DNA from: Vicugna vicugna | Taxonomy: Eukaryota | DNA length: 64,000 nucleotides | Assembly: GCA_013265495.1 (NCBI GenBank) | Contig: MU058584.1 | Coordinates: 5,586,508 to 5,650,507, forward strand | Direction of reading: 5' to 3' | Shown: positions 38,560-51,364 of the stretch, one piece after another | Layout of the letters: each line of letters starts with the position of its first letter | Numbering within the stretch: position 1 is the stretch's first letter | Position numbers and translations under genes: made by a program | Notes under the pieces: model-generated | What the model saw: the letters and a program-made list of their open reading frames with translations, nothing else | What the model was told of the DNA's origin: nothing | Database searches by the model: none

Positions 38560-40440
38560 AAAAAATTTTAAATTGGCATTTCTTTTATTTTGATTTGATT
38601 TCTTTGATTGATATCAAATTTGCATCTTTTTTTCATATACTATGGCCACCCATATTTATTCATATGTAAGCTTACTATTGCCCATTTTTTTCAATTGGAA
38701 AATTCAAAAGTTTTGCTTTAATAGTGTAAATTAAGACAACAATTTTCAAAATTCTAGTCAGTTTTTAACGGATATTACATTCAATATAAAGATAAATTTG
38801 AGGGAACCCAAAACTTTGTGGTATTTAGTCCATCCATCTAGGAATATTATAGGAGTATCATATTTGTTTTCATTTAGCAAACAACTCATATATTTATAAT
38901 GTTTAGCCCACCCATCCAGGAATATTATATTTGTTTTCATTTATCAAAGCCATCTTTTTGGTCCCTTGCAAAGGTGTCCTGTATTTTCCAAGAGGTCCTA
39001 CACATTCCTGTTTAGCTCAAAGTATTTTATATATTCCTAAATCCCTTTTCCTTTTATGTTTTTCTATGAGGTTTTGCTGTAATATAGAAAGACTATGAAT
39101 TTTGGTATGTTTATATACAAAAGATCACTTTGCTAATACTTACACCTCATTTCCTTTTCCCTTAATAAGTTGGATAGAACTCCCAGAATAAAATTATTTA
39201 ACATAGAGGGGAGATTTACCTGTCTCTGACTTTAATGGGTATGCCTATAATATTTCCTAAGATAGTATTTATACTGTAATCCACATTTGATTAGAAAAAT
39301 TTAATTATAGTAAATATTAATAAATATATTTTCTATATCCTTTAAGATAACTACATATTCTTTTATCTACCTACTGATATACTGAATATATTAATAGATT
39401 TGTTGTTATTGATCCATTTAATTTCATTCCTAAAATAAATCCTACCTGCTTATAGTATACTATTATTTTACTATATAGTTGTCAAATTTCTCAATATTTT
39501 CTCTTTTAATTTGTGGTTTTTGTGTCTCACCTGAAAAGGTACTGCCCATCCTAAGATTTTTAAAAGCTAAAAATTTCTACAAATGGCATAATAAACAATG
39601 TAAAAAATATACTGTCAGTCTAAGAGAATATATTTATGACAGATATAATAGACAAAGGATTAAAATCCCTAATATACAATGCAGTAAGAAAAATGAAATT
39701 GAAAAAAAGAGAAGACTATAAATAAAAAACTCACAGAATACACACATGCTCATACACACTTGTATATTTTTAACTTGAGGAAAATTTAAGAAAATAAACT
39801 ATAATACAATGTTAGACAGGATGTGTTAAACATTCACTCTTACATACTGCTGAAGGGACTATGAATTGAAATAACCATTTAGGAGGCTAATTTTGCATAT
39901 TTAACCACAACTTTCATTCTGGATATAAATAATTAAGTAAGTCATAAATTCTACTGGATATAAATAATTAAGTAAGTCATAAATTCTACTCTTAAGAAGC
40001 TCTCCTACAGAATACTGATATAGTCCTACAGAACACATATGTTCACTCAGCACTGTTAATTTAACAGAATAATATTGGAACCAATCAAAATATTCACAAA
40101 TGAGGAATAATTGAATAAATTACCTCTGAACAATAAAATATCATGCAGCTATTTGAAAAGATAAATCTAAGTGAAATGACCTAGAAATATGTCCTTGATG
40201 AATAAGTGAAAAAAAAAACTGTGCAATAAGTTTTTGTCATGTAAAGATGTAAATACAAATAAGACCCGGAAGGGTTTGCACCACACAGCTAAAAGTGGTT
40301 ACCACCGGGAGATGAGCCTGGAAGGGTATAGGGTTGAATTTTCCATTTTTACTTTATATACATTTTTTAATAGTGAGGATAGAGATGATTTTTTTTACTT
40401 TATCTTGGGTTTTCTGTATATTTCCAAATTAAAAAAATAA
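38560..40440. mobile_element. Ancient L1ME-like fragments in both orientations
   Basis: Highly degraded AT-rich L1-like motifs. Confidence 0.5.
39919..39988. repeat. Perfect 35-bp tandem duplication
   Basis: ctggatataaataattaagtaagtcataaattcta repeated twice. Confidence 0.95.
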
Positions 40441-40836
40441 ATAATTCGGTGTGTCTAATTTGTTAGTTTTCACTTAAGATTTCCATACATCTATTCTTAA
40501 GTGAGACCAGTCTGTAGGGTTTCGTGTATGTGTGTGTTATCTTTGTCTTACTTGAATATCAAAGTTTTACTCTCTTGAAAAAATGAATTTGTAGTTTTCC
40601 ATTTTCTGTGCTATAAACATTTGAGTTAAATAGGAATCATTTGATTTTTACAAGGCTTCTTAGATTCAGTTGTAAAGTTATCTGCATGTTACATCTTTCG
40701 CATTTTTGCAAGGGTAGTTCTTGGACCACTTTTCCTACTTCTTCCATAGGTTTTTAGTCTGATAATCAGATTTCTTTCTGTAAATAAGTTAAGCTTTCAC
40801 ATCTGTATGAACTTTTCACAGAAAAGTTTTACTTAC

Positions 40837-40983
40837 TCTACTGCTCATGTCTTCAATTTGCTTTGCTCGCTGAATTCTCCTCATTTCTATAACCTGCTCT
40901 CTCTTCTTCTGCAACCATGCTTTAAACACCATGTCATTCTCTTTTTTCTTTTCTTTCTCTTCTTCTATTCTCCTTTGTTCTTC
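40837..40983 (-). CDS. CCDC181: CCDC181 coding exon 3 (EEQRRIEEEKEKKKENDMVFKAWLQKKREQ...DMSSR)
   Basis: cactag| acceptor, AGA|gtaagt donor, 147 nt, manual translation. Confidence 0.96.
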
Positions 40984-43131
40984 CTAGTGGAAAAAATACC
41001 AAAAGACATTTATGAAAAGTCAATAAAATTACATGAGTTATCAAAGTAGAGAAATACATTTTGAGATCTGACTTTAGGATTCCCTGCCCCTATAAATTTC
41101 CATCTGAAGATTGAGCCTACCCCTAAAAACACACAAACAAAAACAAAAAACAAATAAAAGGGCCTATAATTTGATTAGAAAAAAAAAGACTTTCTAGATA
41201 AATTAAATTGCAGAGACAGAATCTACAATTACACAGATAGATGTACAATGCATACATCCTTGGATCTCTCCTTCACTTCCTAGTTTACTTTTGGTATTTA
41301 ACTCCTCAAATTGCAAAAGAAAAAAAAAAGAAACCACCATGCTCTAGAAGCACTATATGGTGTCTATAGCACTATAAATGTCTGAAACATTTTTACATTA
41401 TTGTTAAATTTGTTAATTGTGACACAAGACTTTGTGTTTACAAAACAAAATCCTATAATCATTTTCTTTGTGAAGTGTACAGTCATTTCTGAAGTGTACA
41501 AATGAGCAATGATGTGTTGTCTAGGCCTTGCTTTAAAAATACCTCAGCCAAAAAAGGAGGAGATGAAGCAAATATGCCAAAATCTTGGTGACTTTTAAAT
41601 CTGAGTTATCTGAGTACATAGGGGTTAACTGTACCTTTATATGTGTTTGAGTTTTTTATATTATAACGTCTACAAATACTTTCAACTAGTGTATACTCAT
41701 AAAGTAACATTTTTGCTGTCAGAAAAATTTTCAATTAGATAATAAGAACAAAATGAATTTTTTAAACTGAATTATTCAGCTAATATTATAAAAGAGAGTT
41801 ACTTTACCTTGAAGGAAGGAACTTAAACCAGTTATGAAGAGCTATAAAATAGTTACTGGGAGCAAAGCAGCATGTCACAGTGGGAACAGCACTAAGCTAG
41901 GAGTTAGGAGACCTGAGGAACAATCATACTGCCATCATACTGTGTCCATTTGGGCAAACCCCTTAACTCAGAATTCTCATCTATTAAATGAAGTTACATT
42001 AACAACTCTTAAATATCTTCTAATGCTAAAACTTTAGCATTTTAATAAACTAAATTATAAATTCATGCTTAAACTGTGTCAAATAATGAAAATCAGAGTT
42101 CTTTCCTTGCTTTTGACAATATATATAGCAAGGCCCCCTTTTTTTTTTGATTGAATAAAATGTAGGAAGGAAAGAAACAATTCTATACAATTAACAGCAT
42201 AAAATATCTTTTTAAATACCTATATACTATTTCCTAAGCCCTAAAGGAGCTTACACTATAGAAAATGTGAATTTATCAAAGATTAAATTTTACATTTAGA
42301 TCTTTTTAGAACAAAGAACAAACATCAAACATGACAGGGGTACATTCTTTTAAGATTTCAAAAGAGACAGATGAATAATTACACAATGAATCAGTATGAC
42401 CCTGGTGTCTGGGAAGGGAATCTCATCTTCAAAGGAGTACTAGCATTGGTGTCATGGGAAAGGGGAGAACATTTATCCTGTCTTCAAAGTGGACATTCTA
42501 AACAATCTGGTAAATACATTCCTCTTCGTTTTAATGGTTAAAACATATGTATGATGTATGTTTGACAGGCCATAAGACAGGCTGTCTTAGCATAAAGTTC
42601 AAGACAAATCATACATAAGCCAGAATGACTTCTCCACAGCTCAGTATGTGAAAATGTCTTCCATTAGCAGGCATGAGCAATATATGAAATACACACACAC
42701 ACACCCCCCCAGAGAATTATAATCTAATTCTACCTACTGCCTCCTAAAACCCAACATTTTGTGCCTTCATTTTTCATTTTTCCATCTGACATCTGATTCT
42801 CACCTATCAAGATTACTTTCAGCAGTCACTTAACCTCTCTGAACCGCACCTTTAGAACAAAAAGCTCGGATGAAGCCATCATTGAGATCTCTGGCTGTAA
42901 CATATGTCATTCATCACTATGCTTTTGTGATCCTTACAAGAAAGGACAAAGGTAATCGTGGTGTTTGTTATATAAATATACATTCTTAACACTTAACCAC
43001 TTAATCTAACAACAGACAAAACAAGCAAGCAAATATATCCAATAATTGAAAGAACTGTTTCAATTCCTACTGCATTTATAACACATGAAAACATATTCTA
43101 CTTTCAATATAATGCCCATTTGTGGTCTCAC

Positions 43132-44082
43132 CTCTCTCTTTAGCTTTTCTCTCTTTTGTTCTAACCGTTTTTGCAGTTCCTTCTGTCGAGGAGAAAGACA
43201 ATATGTTGAGGTCACGGGAGATATATTTGCAGACTGTGTCCTGTGATTAGATTTTCCATTCCCCTTACTTCTATCTGAGTTGGCAGCAGAGTCTGGATGA
43301 GTCTTGGGGTTGGGTGGTGGCTGAGGGATGTAAGCCAGCGGCTCTTCCGTTGATGAGTGAGAAATAGCATGACTCTTTGCTATTGGCTCTTCCTTCTTGA
43401 CTCCACTGACAGATGAATTGGAAGATCTGGGTGACAACTGTTGAGGTTCATTATCTGTACTATTAACATTATTAATGGGGGGCAAAAATCCCTGACTCTC
43501 AATGTCTTGTAAATTCAGAAGTTCAAACTTTCCATCTCTCTCTACTAGTATTTCCCTATCCTTGTTTTCTTCACCATTTCCATCAGTGAGTGACAGGAGC
43601 ACATTTTCTTGCCCAAATTCATTGGAAATATGTAACTGTGACAGTTTTCCAGACATATTACTTTCATTTTCAAAATAATTTTTGTAAGTATCAGTGTCTT
43701 CAAGAGGAGGAACTTCCAAATCAACTAATTTGTCCTTGAACTTAAGTTTTCGTTCCCTTTTATTATTCACAGGTTCTTCATTTTGTAGAAGTTTGTTGGC
43801 TTGTATAATTTTCTCCATAATATATCTCCTTACTTCTTCATCCTCTTCCTCCTCCAGGTCTTGCTGGCTTTCCAGTCTGGATTCCTGTAAAGAGTTTTCA
43901 CTGTCTGAATCTGATATGGGATCCAAAGGTTGAATACTTGGTACAGAAATGAAGTCATTTCTTCTTGGTGATACTTCATCCTTCAAAGATTTGTCAGGAT
44001 CAGAAAGCTGGTTGCTCTGTTCGATTTCTGTTTCATTCTCTTTTAAATCTTGGTTAATATTCTCTTCATTCCCACAAGCCAT
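43132..44082 (-). CDS. CCDC181: CCDC181 coding exon 2 (MACGNEENINQDLKENE...KREKLKRE), 317 codons
   Basis: ORF 43060-44082; tttag|ATG acceptor and GAG|gtgaga donor. Confidence 0.97.
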
Positions 44083-46585
44083 CTAAAAACAGAGAGAGGT
44101 GAGATTCTCTTTCAACAAAAATTGAGACTCTTTATCCATTTATACATAGACAATCCAAAATGGATTTTCATATTCATGTGATTTATCTTATGAATGGGAA
44201 AATTAACATGCTTCCTGCTCATACTTCACTCAGAATTTTCTAACATATTTATGAGCATTCCAAGGGGAAAGCACTTCTCTAAATTTGAATTTGATATTCA
44301 AGTACTATATTGATATTTTTTTAATTTTATGCTAATATATAAAAAGATAACTACAAATAGCACAATATTATTTTCATATTCTTCCCTCTCTAAAATTTTC
44401 TTCCTTTTACATTTTCAGAACAATATATTTTAAAATGTTTTCTCTTTGTAATATTTGTATTTTTCAAAAAGAGTATCTTTCTCCCCAGAACCATTAAGAA
44501 GTCACTGCCTCTGGTCAAATACTAATCATTTTGAAGCTCTTACCATCTTTTCAGATTATTATTGCTATTTTCTGCAGGACCTACACCCAAATTTCAGGTC
44601 AAGTTTTCCCTCTAGATCAGATTTTCCTTCCTCAACTATTTTCAGAGGCTCCAATAATCTATGTTAAACACCATCATAATTTGGTCTTACTTCTTTTAAC
44701 TTAATGCCACATGAACCATACACTGTTATTATCACATTACAAAACTTTTCTCCACATATGTTTCTAACTGATGGCTTCTTAACTAGCATCTCTCCCACAT
44801 ACATACATCCTCCTCTATCAAACACTTTGCACCTAAAATATTTAATTTACCTCTCTTTCTCAGGCAGTTTTCTCCCCTGAAAGAGTTATATGGGAGCTAC
44901 TATTTCTCACTGTCTTAAACCCATTAAAATTATCTTCCTCTTTTACTGGATAACAGTCATCATTTTTGACTGCCTCCTCTTCCTAACCTGTACAACACTG
45001 CTATACATCCAATAAGCAAATAAACCTGGCCCCCTAAAATGACTACCAAATAATTCAGATTAAATAAGACCTCTGTATTATAGTGGTTCTTTTTAGCCTG
45101 ATTTGATTCTGGGGTTCATTCCTACAGCATCTGTTTCTGGAGACTCCTTTGGCTTTCACGTCTTTCTAAAACCCACTACAATAAAACTGCCACTTTTTAT
45201 AATGAAATCTTCCCCTGACCCTCATCCCTGTCTCAAGCTCTGTCGTCCATACTTCCTACCAGCTTCAAAAGAAGGGACTGTAATAATCCATTGGAATGAA
45301 CCAGATTCATTAGAACACTTTGTTTTGACCACTGCTATATCCCCAGCACCTAGACCAGCCTCTGACACATGGTAGGTGATCATTACTTTTTGCTGAATAG
45401 AGAAATAAAACAATGAATTACCATTATCACTTCTCTAACTCTATCACCCTGTGTGTGGATCTCACACCCTTCCAGGCATAAGACCTTGGTGTTCAGCATT
45501 GGTATCTCTGGGTATCTCTACGGCTAGTCACTCTGATTATTCTTCTATTAAAGATGTATAAAACTCCCATGTAAAAGCCATCTTAGAAAAGTCTTCACTT
45601 TTGACTCTGTTGCCTTTTTCAAATATCGTCTATCCCATTGCATAAGAAAGCAAGCAGGAACGAAGAGAAGTTTGTGATGTAAAACCTGCTGCCTTCATTT
45701 CCTTGTAGTCTTTTACTTAAGTCTCTTAAACCTGGCTTATTCTGTAGCCACTCTGATTATTTTCCCTCTAAAGGTACCTATTCTTATTCCAGTCTTGATC
45801 CTTTTCTTCATTATTCTCTATTTATTGACATGACTTATATTATATACATCTATATATAATACATAATTATTAATATAGGGTCAATTGCATGTATATATAA
45901 ACACATACACATATATACATGTATTATATATAGATACACATACACACTATATATATGTAAAGAAAGAAGGAAACTTCTATGACCCAGAAACTAGTTTATT
46001 TTTCTGGATTTCCCTTCTATATGTCTGATAAGTAGTGTATGATCATGTTTAATGAATCTGCTTTTTCCTACAAATATTCTTATGGCTTAGTCTTTGACCC
46101 TTTACTTTTTTCTGTATATTCATTTCCCCTGAAGAGCTAATTCACTCTTCAAGTTTCAAATATTTGCTGAAAGACAGTGTTTTTGAGGATTTGCTTTATT
46201 TTTCATATATATTAAAAGTATAACCTCATGCTATTATCCAAGTTCACATAAAGCAGAAATTAACTGTTTTTACTTTTGATGCATTCAGTTATATTATTTA
46301 TTTATATTATGTAAATTATAATTTTAAATGATAATTTTAACTTTATTAAGTGCCTAACTTAATCCCTGCTCTCTCAATAATTAGCCCGATTCCTTAGGAT
46401 ACACCATTTAAACGCTCTATGCCTCAATTTTCTCGTCTCTAAGATGGAGATAATCATACTCGCTTTATGTATATCAAAGGAATTCTGTGAGGTTTAGATG
46501 AGGTAATATATGTGAAACTCTTCAAGAACTACAAAGCACTTTGTTAATATACGTATTATTAATGCTATTGGCAATTTATATATAC

Positions 46586-46699
46586 CTCTATTATGCTGGC
46601 ACTTTTTTCTTTTTCATTAATTAGCCACTCCAGGTCTTTTTCAAAGTCGTCTTCATAGTCTCCACTGTCCTTCGAATCACTATCTTTATTTTCATCCAT
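46586..46699 (-). CDS. CCDC181: CCDC181 coding exon 1 (exon 2 = 46722-46586), MDENKDSDSKDSGDYEDDFEKDLEWLINEKEKSASIIE
   Basis: cttatag| acceptor (AG at 46724-46723), 23-nt UTR, aaaATGG start, GAG|gtatat donor; matches the CCDC181 N-terminus. Confidence 0.95.
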
Positions 46700-46748
46700 T
46701 TTCCGTTTGTTAAAGAATAATGCTATAAGATTATAAGAGATAAGGTAG

Positions 46749-47011
46749 GGTGGAGGGTGGGAAGGGATAGACTGGGATTTCAAAACTGTAGAATAGATAA
46801 ACAAGATAACACTGTATAGCACAGGGAAATATACACAACATGTAATGATAACTCACAGAGAAAAAAATGTGACAATGAGTGTGTATATGTCCATGAATGA
46901 CTGAAAAATTGTGCTGAACACTGGAATTTGACGCAACATTGTAAAATGATTATAAATCAATAAAAAATGTTAAAAAAAAATAAAAAATAAAACAAATGCA
47001 TTTCAAACAAA
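46749..47011 (+). mobile_element. Young L1 3'UTR fragment next to the CCDC181 exon 2 acceptor
   Basis: Perfect 14-bp TSD aagagataaggtag at 46735-46748 and 47012-47025; same L1 family. Confidence 0.92.
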
Positions 47012-47901
47012 AAGAGATAAGGTAGATGTTATGTCTATTTTTGGGGGAGTATGGAGTATGGAGATTAATGTTGATGGTAAGCTAATTAACATATAGAAAC
47101 ACAAGTTATGGTATATTCAGAATAAGCATATCTGTATACTCTAAAAGAAAGACAAAGGCCAGATATTTTCTAGGTGAACCATTCCTAACAACCATCCCAC
47201 CTAACCCCAATTCCTGAAACCCTAATTTACAAGGAGACTAAAAAAGGTGGTAAGAAGACTCTCCAAGGTTTAAAGGATTTTCCACATTCCCTGCCTATCA
47301 TTAAAACTCCTTGTCCATGTCAGAGCTGATGAATCATCTTTTTAGTCTCACTCACATTTTCTTATGTTCAAATAAAAACGATTCTATCAATGCTTATCCT
47401 CAGTTTCTCAATCCTTCTAGTAATTTATATGGCATAAGTTGTGATCTGAGAGGTTTTTTAAACCTATGTAGCAGAAGACAATGACAACAAATAGGGATAT
47501 CAGATGAAAGTTAATAAATGTTTATGAAAACAGTGTATAAATTCAGTCATTTTTAAGAAAACAAACTAAAGTTATCAGCAAATTGAGGTCAGTTCCTAGC
47601 CCTGCTAATTTCTTGTGCATAATATTTCAAATAAAGGAAGCATTTAAGTCTTTACCCATGTCTTTGTGTGGGTTGGCATACTATATGTATATGCGTGAAT
47701 ATATAACACAATTTTGAAAAATATTTATTGAATATCTACAATATTCCTATAAAGATTATAATTTTATATATACATATAAAGATCATATTATTATGCCCTT
47801 GAGCCCTCGTACAGAAGACAGACAAAAACAAAACACATAAATTTAAAATGTAGACAAAAAACATAAATTGAAAATGCAGGTAAGTGGAATGAAGATATAT
47901 T

Positions 47902-48009
47902 TTATATACATATATATATATTTTTTTTTTAATGGAGGTATTGGGGATTGAACTCAGGACCTTGTGCATGCTAAACACACACTCTACCACTGAGCTCTAC
48001 CCTCGACCC
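47902..48009 (-). mobile_element. tRNA-Ala-derived SINE with TSD
   Basis: TSD tgaag(a/g)tatatt at 47890-47901 and 48010-48021. Confidence 0.88.
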
Positions 48010-48899
48010 TGAAGGTATATTATAAAGGACTGTGGAAGGAAGAATAAAGACACAACTAAGCCAGTCTAAAATTGGAAATATCAATGAAGGCTGGGACGGG
48101 TTTTGAATACTGAGTACGAGAGTTCAGCAGTTATTCTAGACAATAACAGCATGAGAAAGAACAAGCATGGAAGTGCATGGAATTTTCCAGTATGGCCTGA
48201 ACATAAACGTGCTCCTGAAGGGTCTGGAAGGAGAGAGAAGGGGACAGTTTGATGTCACATTATCTTTTCAAAAGGTAAAGGGCTAAGGGAACACTGTTTA
48301 TGTAGGTCTAACTGTCATGAATACCCAAAGGTAGAAACATACAGCAATAATCTGCATACTTTCCGCTACTGAGTAAACAAAAACAAAAAGAGCAATGCTC
48401 TTTAAATGGACTTAGAATTTCAGGTCCAATTTCAAAAGAACTGTAGAAATATGATCTTCAGGGCCCCAAACAACTGGGACTCTGTTTCTATACCTGCCTT
48501 CTCTTGCTCCTACACCAAGAATAACTTGCCTAAAACCCTTTTTGGAAAGTAGAAAGTACAGATGTCAAGAACACAAGAGATCTAGGCACATTTTAAAAGA
48601 TATAAAATGACAGATGTTCTGCCTGATTTGATAAATACCCACAGACTTTGTTTTGGTCATTAGCTTCACTTTATTCTCCCCAAACCTTTGACCAGACTAC
48701 TAACCTAGTACCAATTTTACTAATGCAAGATGTACATTTTTCCCCTGCTACTGTTCACCATCAAATGATAGTGAAAGCATGGCTAAGAGAAGAGATAAGG
48801 CTTTTCAGTACTATGTAGGAAAAACCTACTAATAGCTTTTGGTAGACAGTGGGTTCAAAATGAGTTAGAAGAATGATGAAGGCAAAAACATAAATGAGC

Positions 48900-49440
48900 T
48901 TCAAGGCTGAGACTATGCCTGAGGTACAGATAACACGTGAAGCTCTGCATCTAGTTTGCTACTGTTTAGAGAACAAAAGAAAGTTGGAATACATTCAGGG
49001 GCTAATAAGGAGCTAATAAGGGGCTAATAGGAGACAGGGATATATAAAAGAAGGGAAGAAGGGAGGCTATGAGAATAAAACGCCTTAAAACTAGATTCTG
49101 AGGAATCCTAAAACCCCTGGGAATGTTAGCCTAAAAAATAGAAGCCTCCTAAAGGAGAGCGATGACAACCACTTTATAATATTTAAATGGTCATCATGTA
49201 AAGGAGGGTTGATCTTGCATAATTTCAAATAGTAAAACTAGTATAAGGGTTAGGAACTCAGGGGCAAATTCTGGCACAATGTAAGATACAATTTACATTT
49301 TCAAACCTGTCCTTGCATGTAGTGAGCTGTGTTCCTGTCAATCAAATGTTTATACATAGCCTGGAAGAGGATAATGGCATTGTTTTAAAGGAAACTGAAG
49401 CTTTAGAAAAACGTTGCGCTAGATGGACCCTTAAGGTTTA
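48900..49440 (+). mobile_element. CR1/L3 3' fragment
   Basis: cctgggaatgttagcctaaaaaatagaag...gtagtgagctg...ctagatggacccttaaggtt matches the L3 3' end pattern. Confidence 0.65.
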
Positions 49441-51364
49441 TTTTTACCTTGTCTACAGGATACAAATTAGCAAATAATTGCCAACTTATGAAAAGCAAGA
49501 GAATTTAAAAATAAATGTGTAGGACCATGAAGGTTTAATACAAAATAAATTACTAATGTCTGAATAATTAAATTCAAGAATTAAATTCTAAAGTCTGTTT
49601 CATTTAGCGGTCATCTTTCCTCTGCGTGGTTCTTGATATTACTTCCCTCTCCCTCTCAAGACAAAGTTAGTTTTAGGTATACTGAATGTTACTTATTCAA
49701 CCTAATTATTCAACTGGATAATTATACAACTATTTCTAATGTATTAGTTGGACTATAATTCCTTCTAGATACTTATTTCTTTCAAATTAAAAATAGGAAA
49801 TGGACTTTTGTAAAGGACTCAAATTAATGCTTTAATAATTTGTAAATCAGAAGTTGAGATCAATAACATTTTGAAGTGACCTGAAGAAACCAAATTAATA
49901 TTTCAGAGCGAGTTTATTTATCACTGCCTAAGCTGCAGGACAGGCTAAATCATATATGCTGTTGTGTCTGCTTACCTACCAATTAAAAGCAAGGGTGCCA
50001 TGGATGATGAAAAATAAACTAAAACCATTGTGACCCAAAACACTTACATAAATCATACTATTTTTCCTTCTCATAAATGCCTTAAGATGTTTAAGTTACA
50101 TAACTAATTGTTAGAATAAGACTTCTATGGAACTCTTCAGTGCTTTTCCTTAATTTTATAAAAACTTAGTTCTGAACTTGTGAATAAATAAATTGTTGCC
50201 TGAAGACTTCCGATTTGCTTTATTATTCACAAAGTATCTCACCCATGTGAAAACTCAAATTTAAAACTAAAACACAGACTCAGCAAAATAAATAAATAAT
50301 TACAAGCTAATTATATTAGTATTATTCAATCATACTATGCCTTAATTAAAAAGAAAAAAAGCCATAGTTGAAGTGACTCAGGGAAGTAAATGAAGTTCAT
50401 CAAATAAGAAATGCCATTCTTTTCCTATAACTTCAAAAAATTCATGGGTGGTTCCCAAGTAAACAAAGAACATAAACCATAAACTCTTGTTACCAAGTCC
50501 CTTAAGCCTTTTTCAAATGCGTCACAGGATATTCAATCCACTTCAGTTCTTTTAATCTTCATCCCCAGGGTGCTGGCCATATGGTACACCGTCAACATGC
50601 CGGAACAAAAATACATCTTACACAAACTAAATCACCTAACTATTATTCCTGTGATTTCACACATTTAAATTTCAGTTAAGTATCATCAGTAAAAATCTAT
50701 GTAAGTGGCTTACACCACAACCACCCTCTTAATAAGGAACTGTAGTTAAGAAATAGAAATTAATTTCTTCCTCCTGTGTGTCTGCTAAATCCCATGTGGG
50801 TGATTGCAGATCTTTTAGTGTGAGTCTAAACTAAGTCTATATATACAAATAATTTTGGTAACTTTCTTTTAGGATTCAAAACATTCAAAAACAGTTTAAT
50901 CTAATTCATTGACTCCAGTCTTACCTCATACTTCTTAAAACATGCTTGTTTAAAATCTAAGAGAATGGAAAGAACGTCAAAGATAATGTCTTTTAATATA
51001 AAATAAGTACTTAAGCAAAAGCTAACCCATAATAACATCATAAGACCATCTGGCCCACTCTTCCTGCTGTATCCTGCCAAGACTGTGATCCTATGAGTAA
51101 ATTTAAAAAAAAATCATAATCTGTCACAGGTATAACGATAAACAATATTTTACAAACATTAGGTGGCAATTTCCATTTGTATCCAGGCCCCCAAGCTACC
51201 ACCGACCAAATGAGTACCTTAGCCTCTTCATGGAAGCTAACATTTAAGGAGTGCCTTTTTTTTTTCTCCCAGAGATGAGAACTTTGAGAGGCATAGGAAT
51301 ATGACAAAAATTAGAGGGTTTTTGTTTTTTTTTTGTCTACCCTCAAAGGGGTTTTCCTCACACA

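Noticed and set aside
43694..43933. Ser-rich ORF antisense to CCDC181 exon 3 (also 40807-41049 and 29728-29922)
   Set aside because: Shadow of the Glu/Lys-rich coding sequence on the opposite strand.
48998..49031. Three short ggctaataag-like direct repeats
   Set aside because: Simple slippage repeat in a CR1/L3 relic; no spacers, not CRISPR-like.
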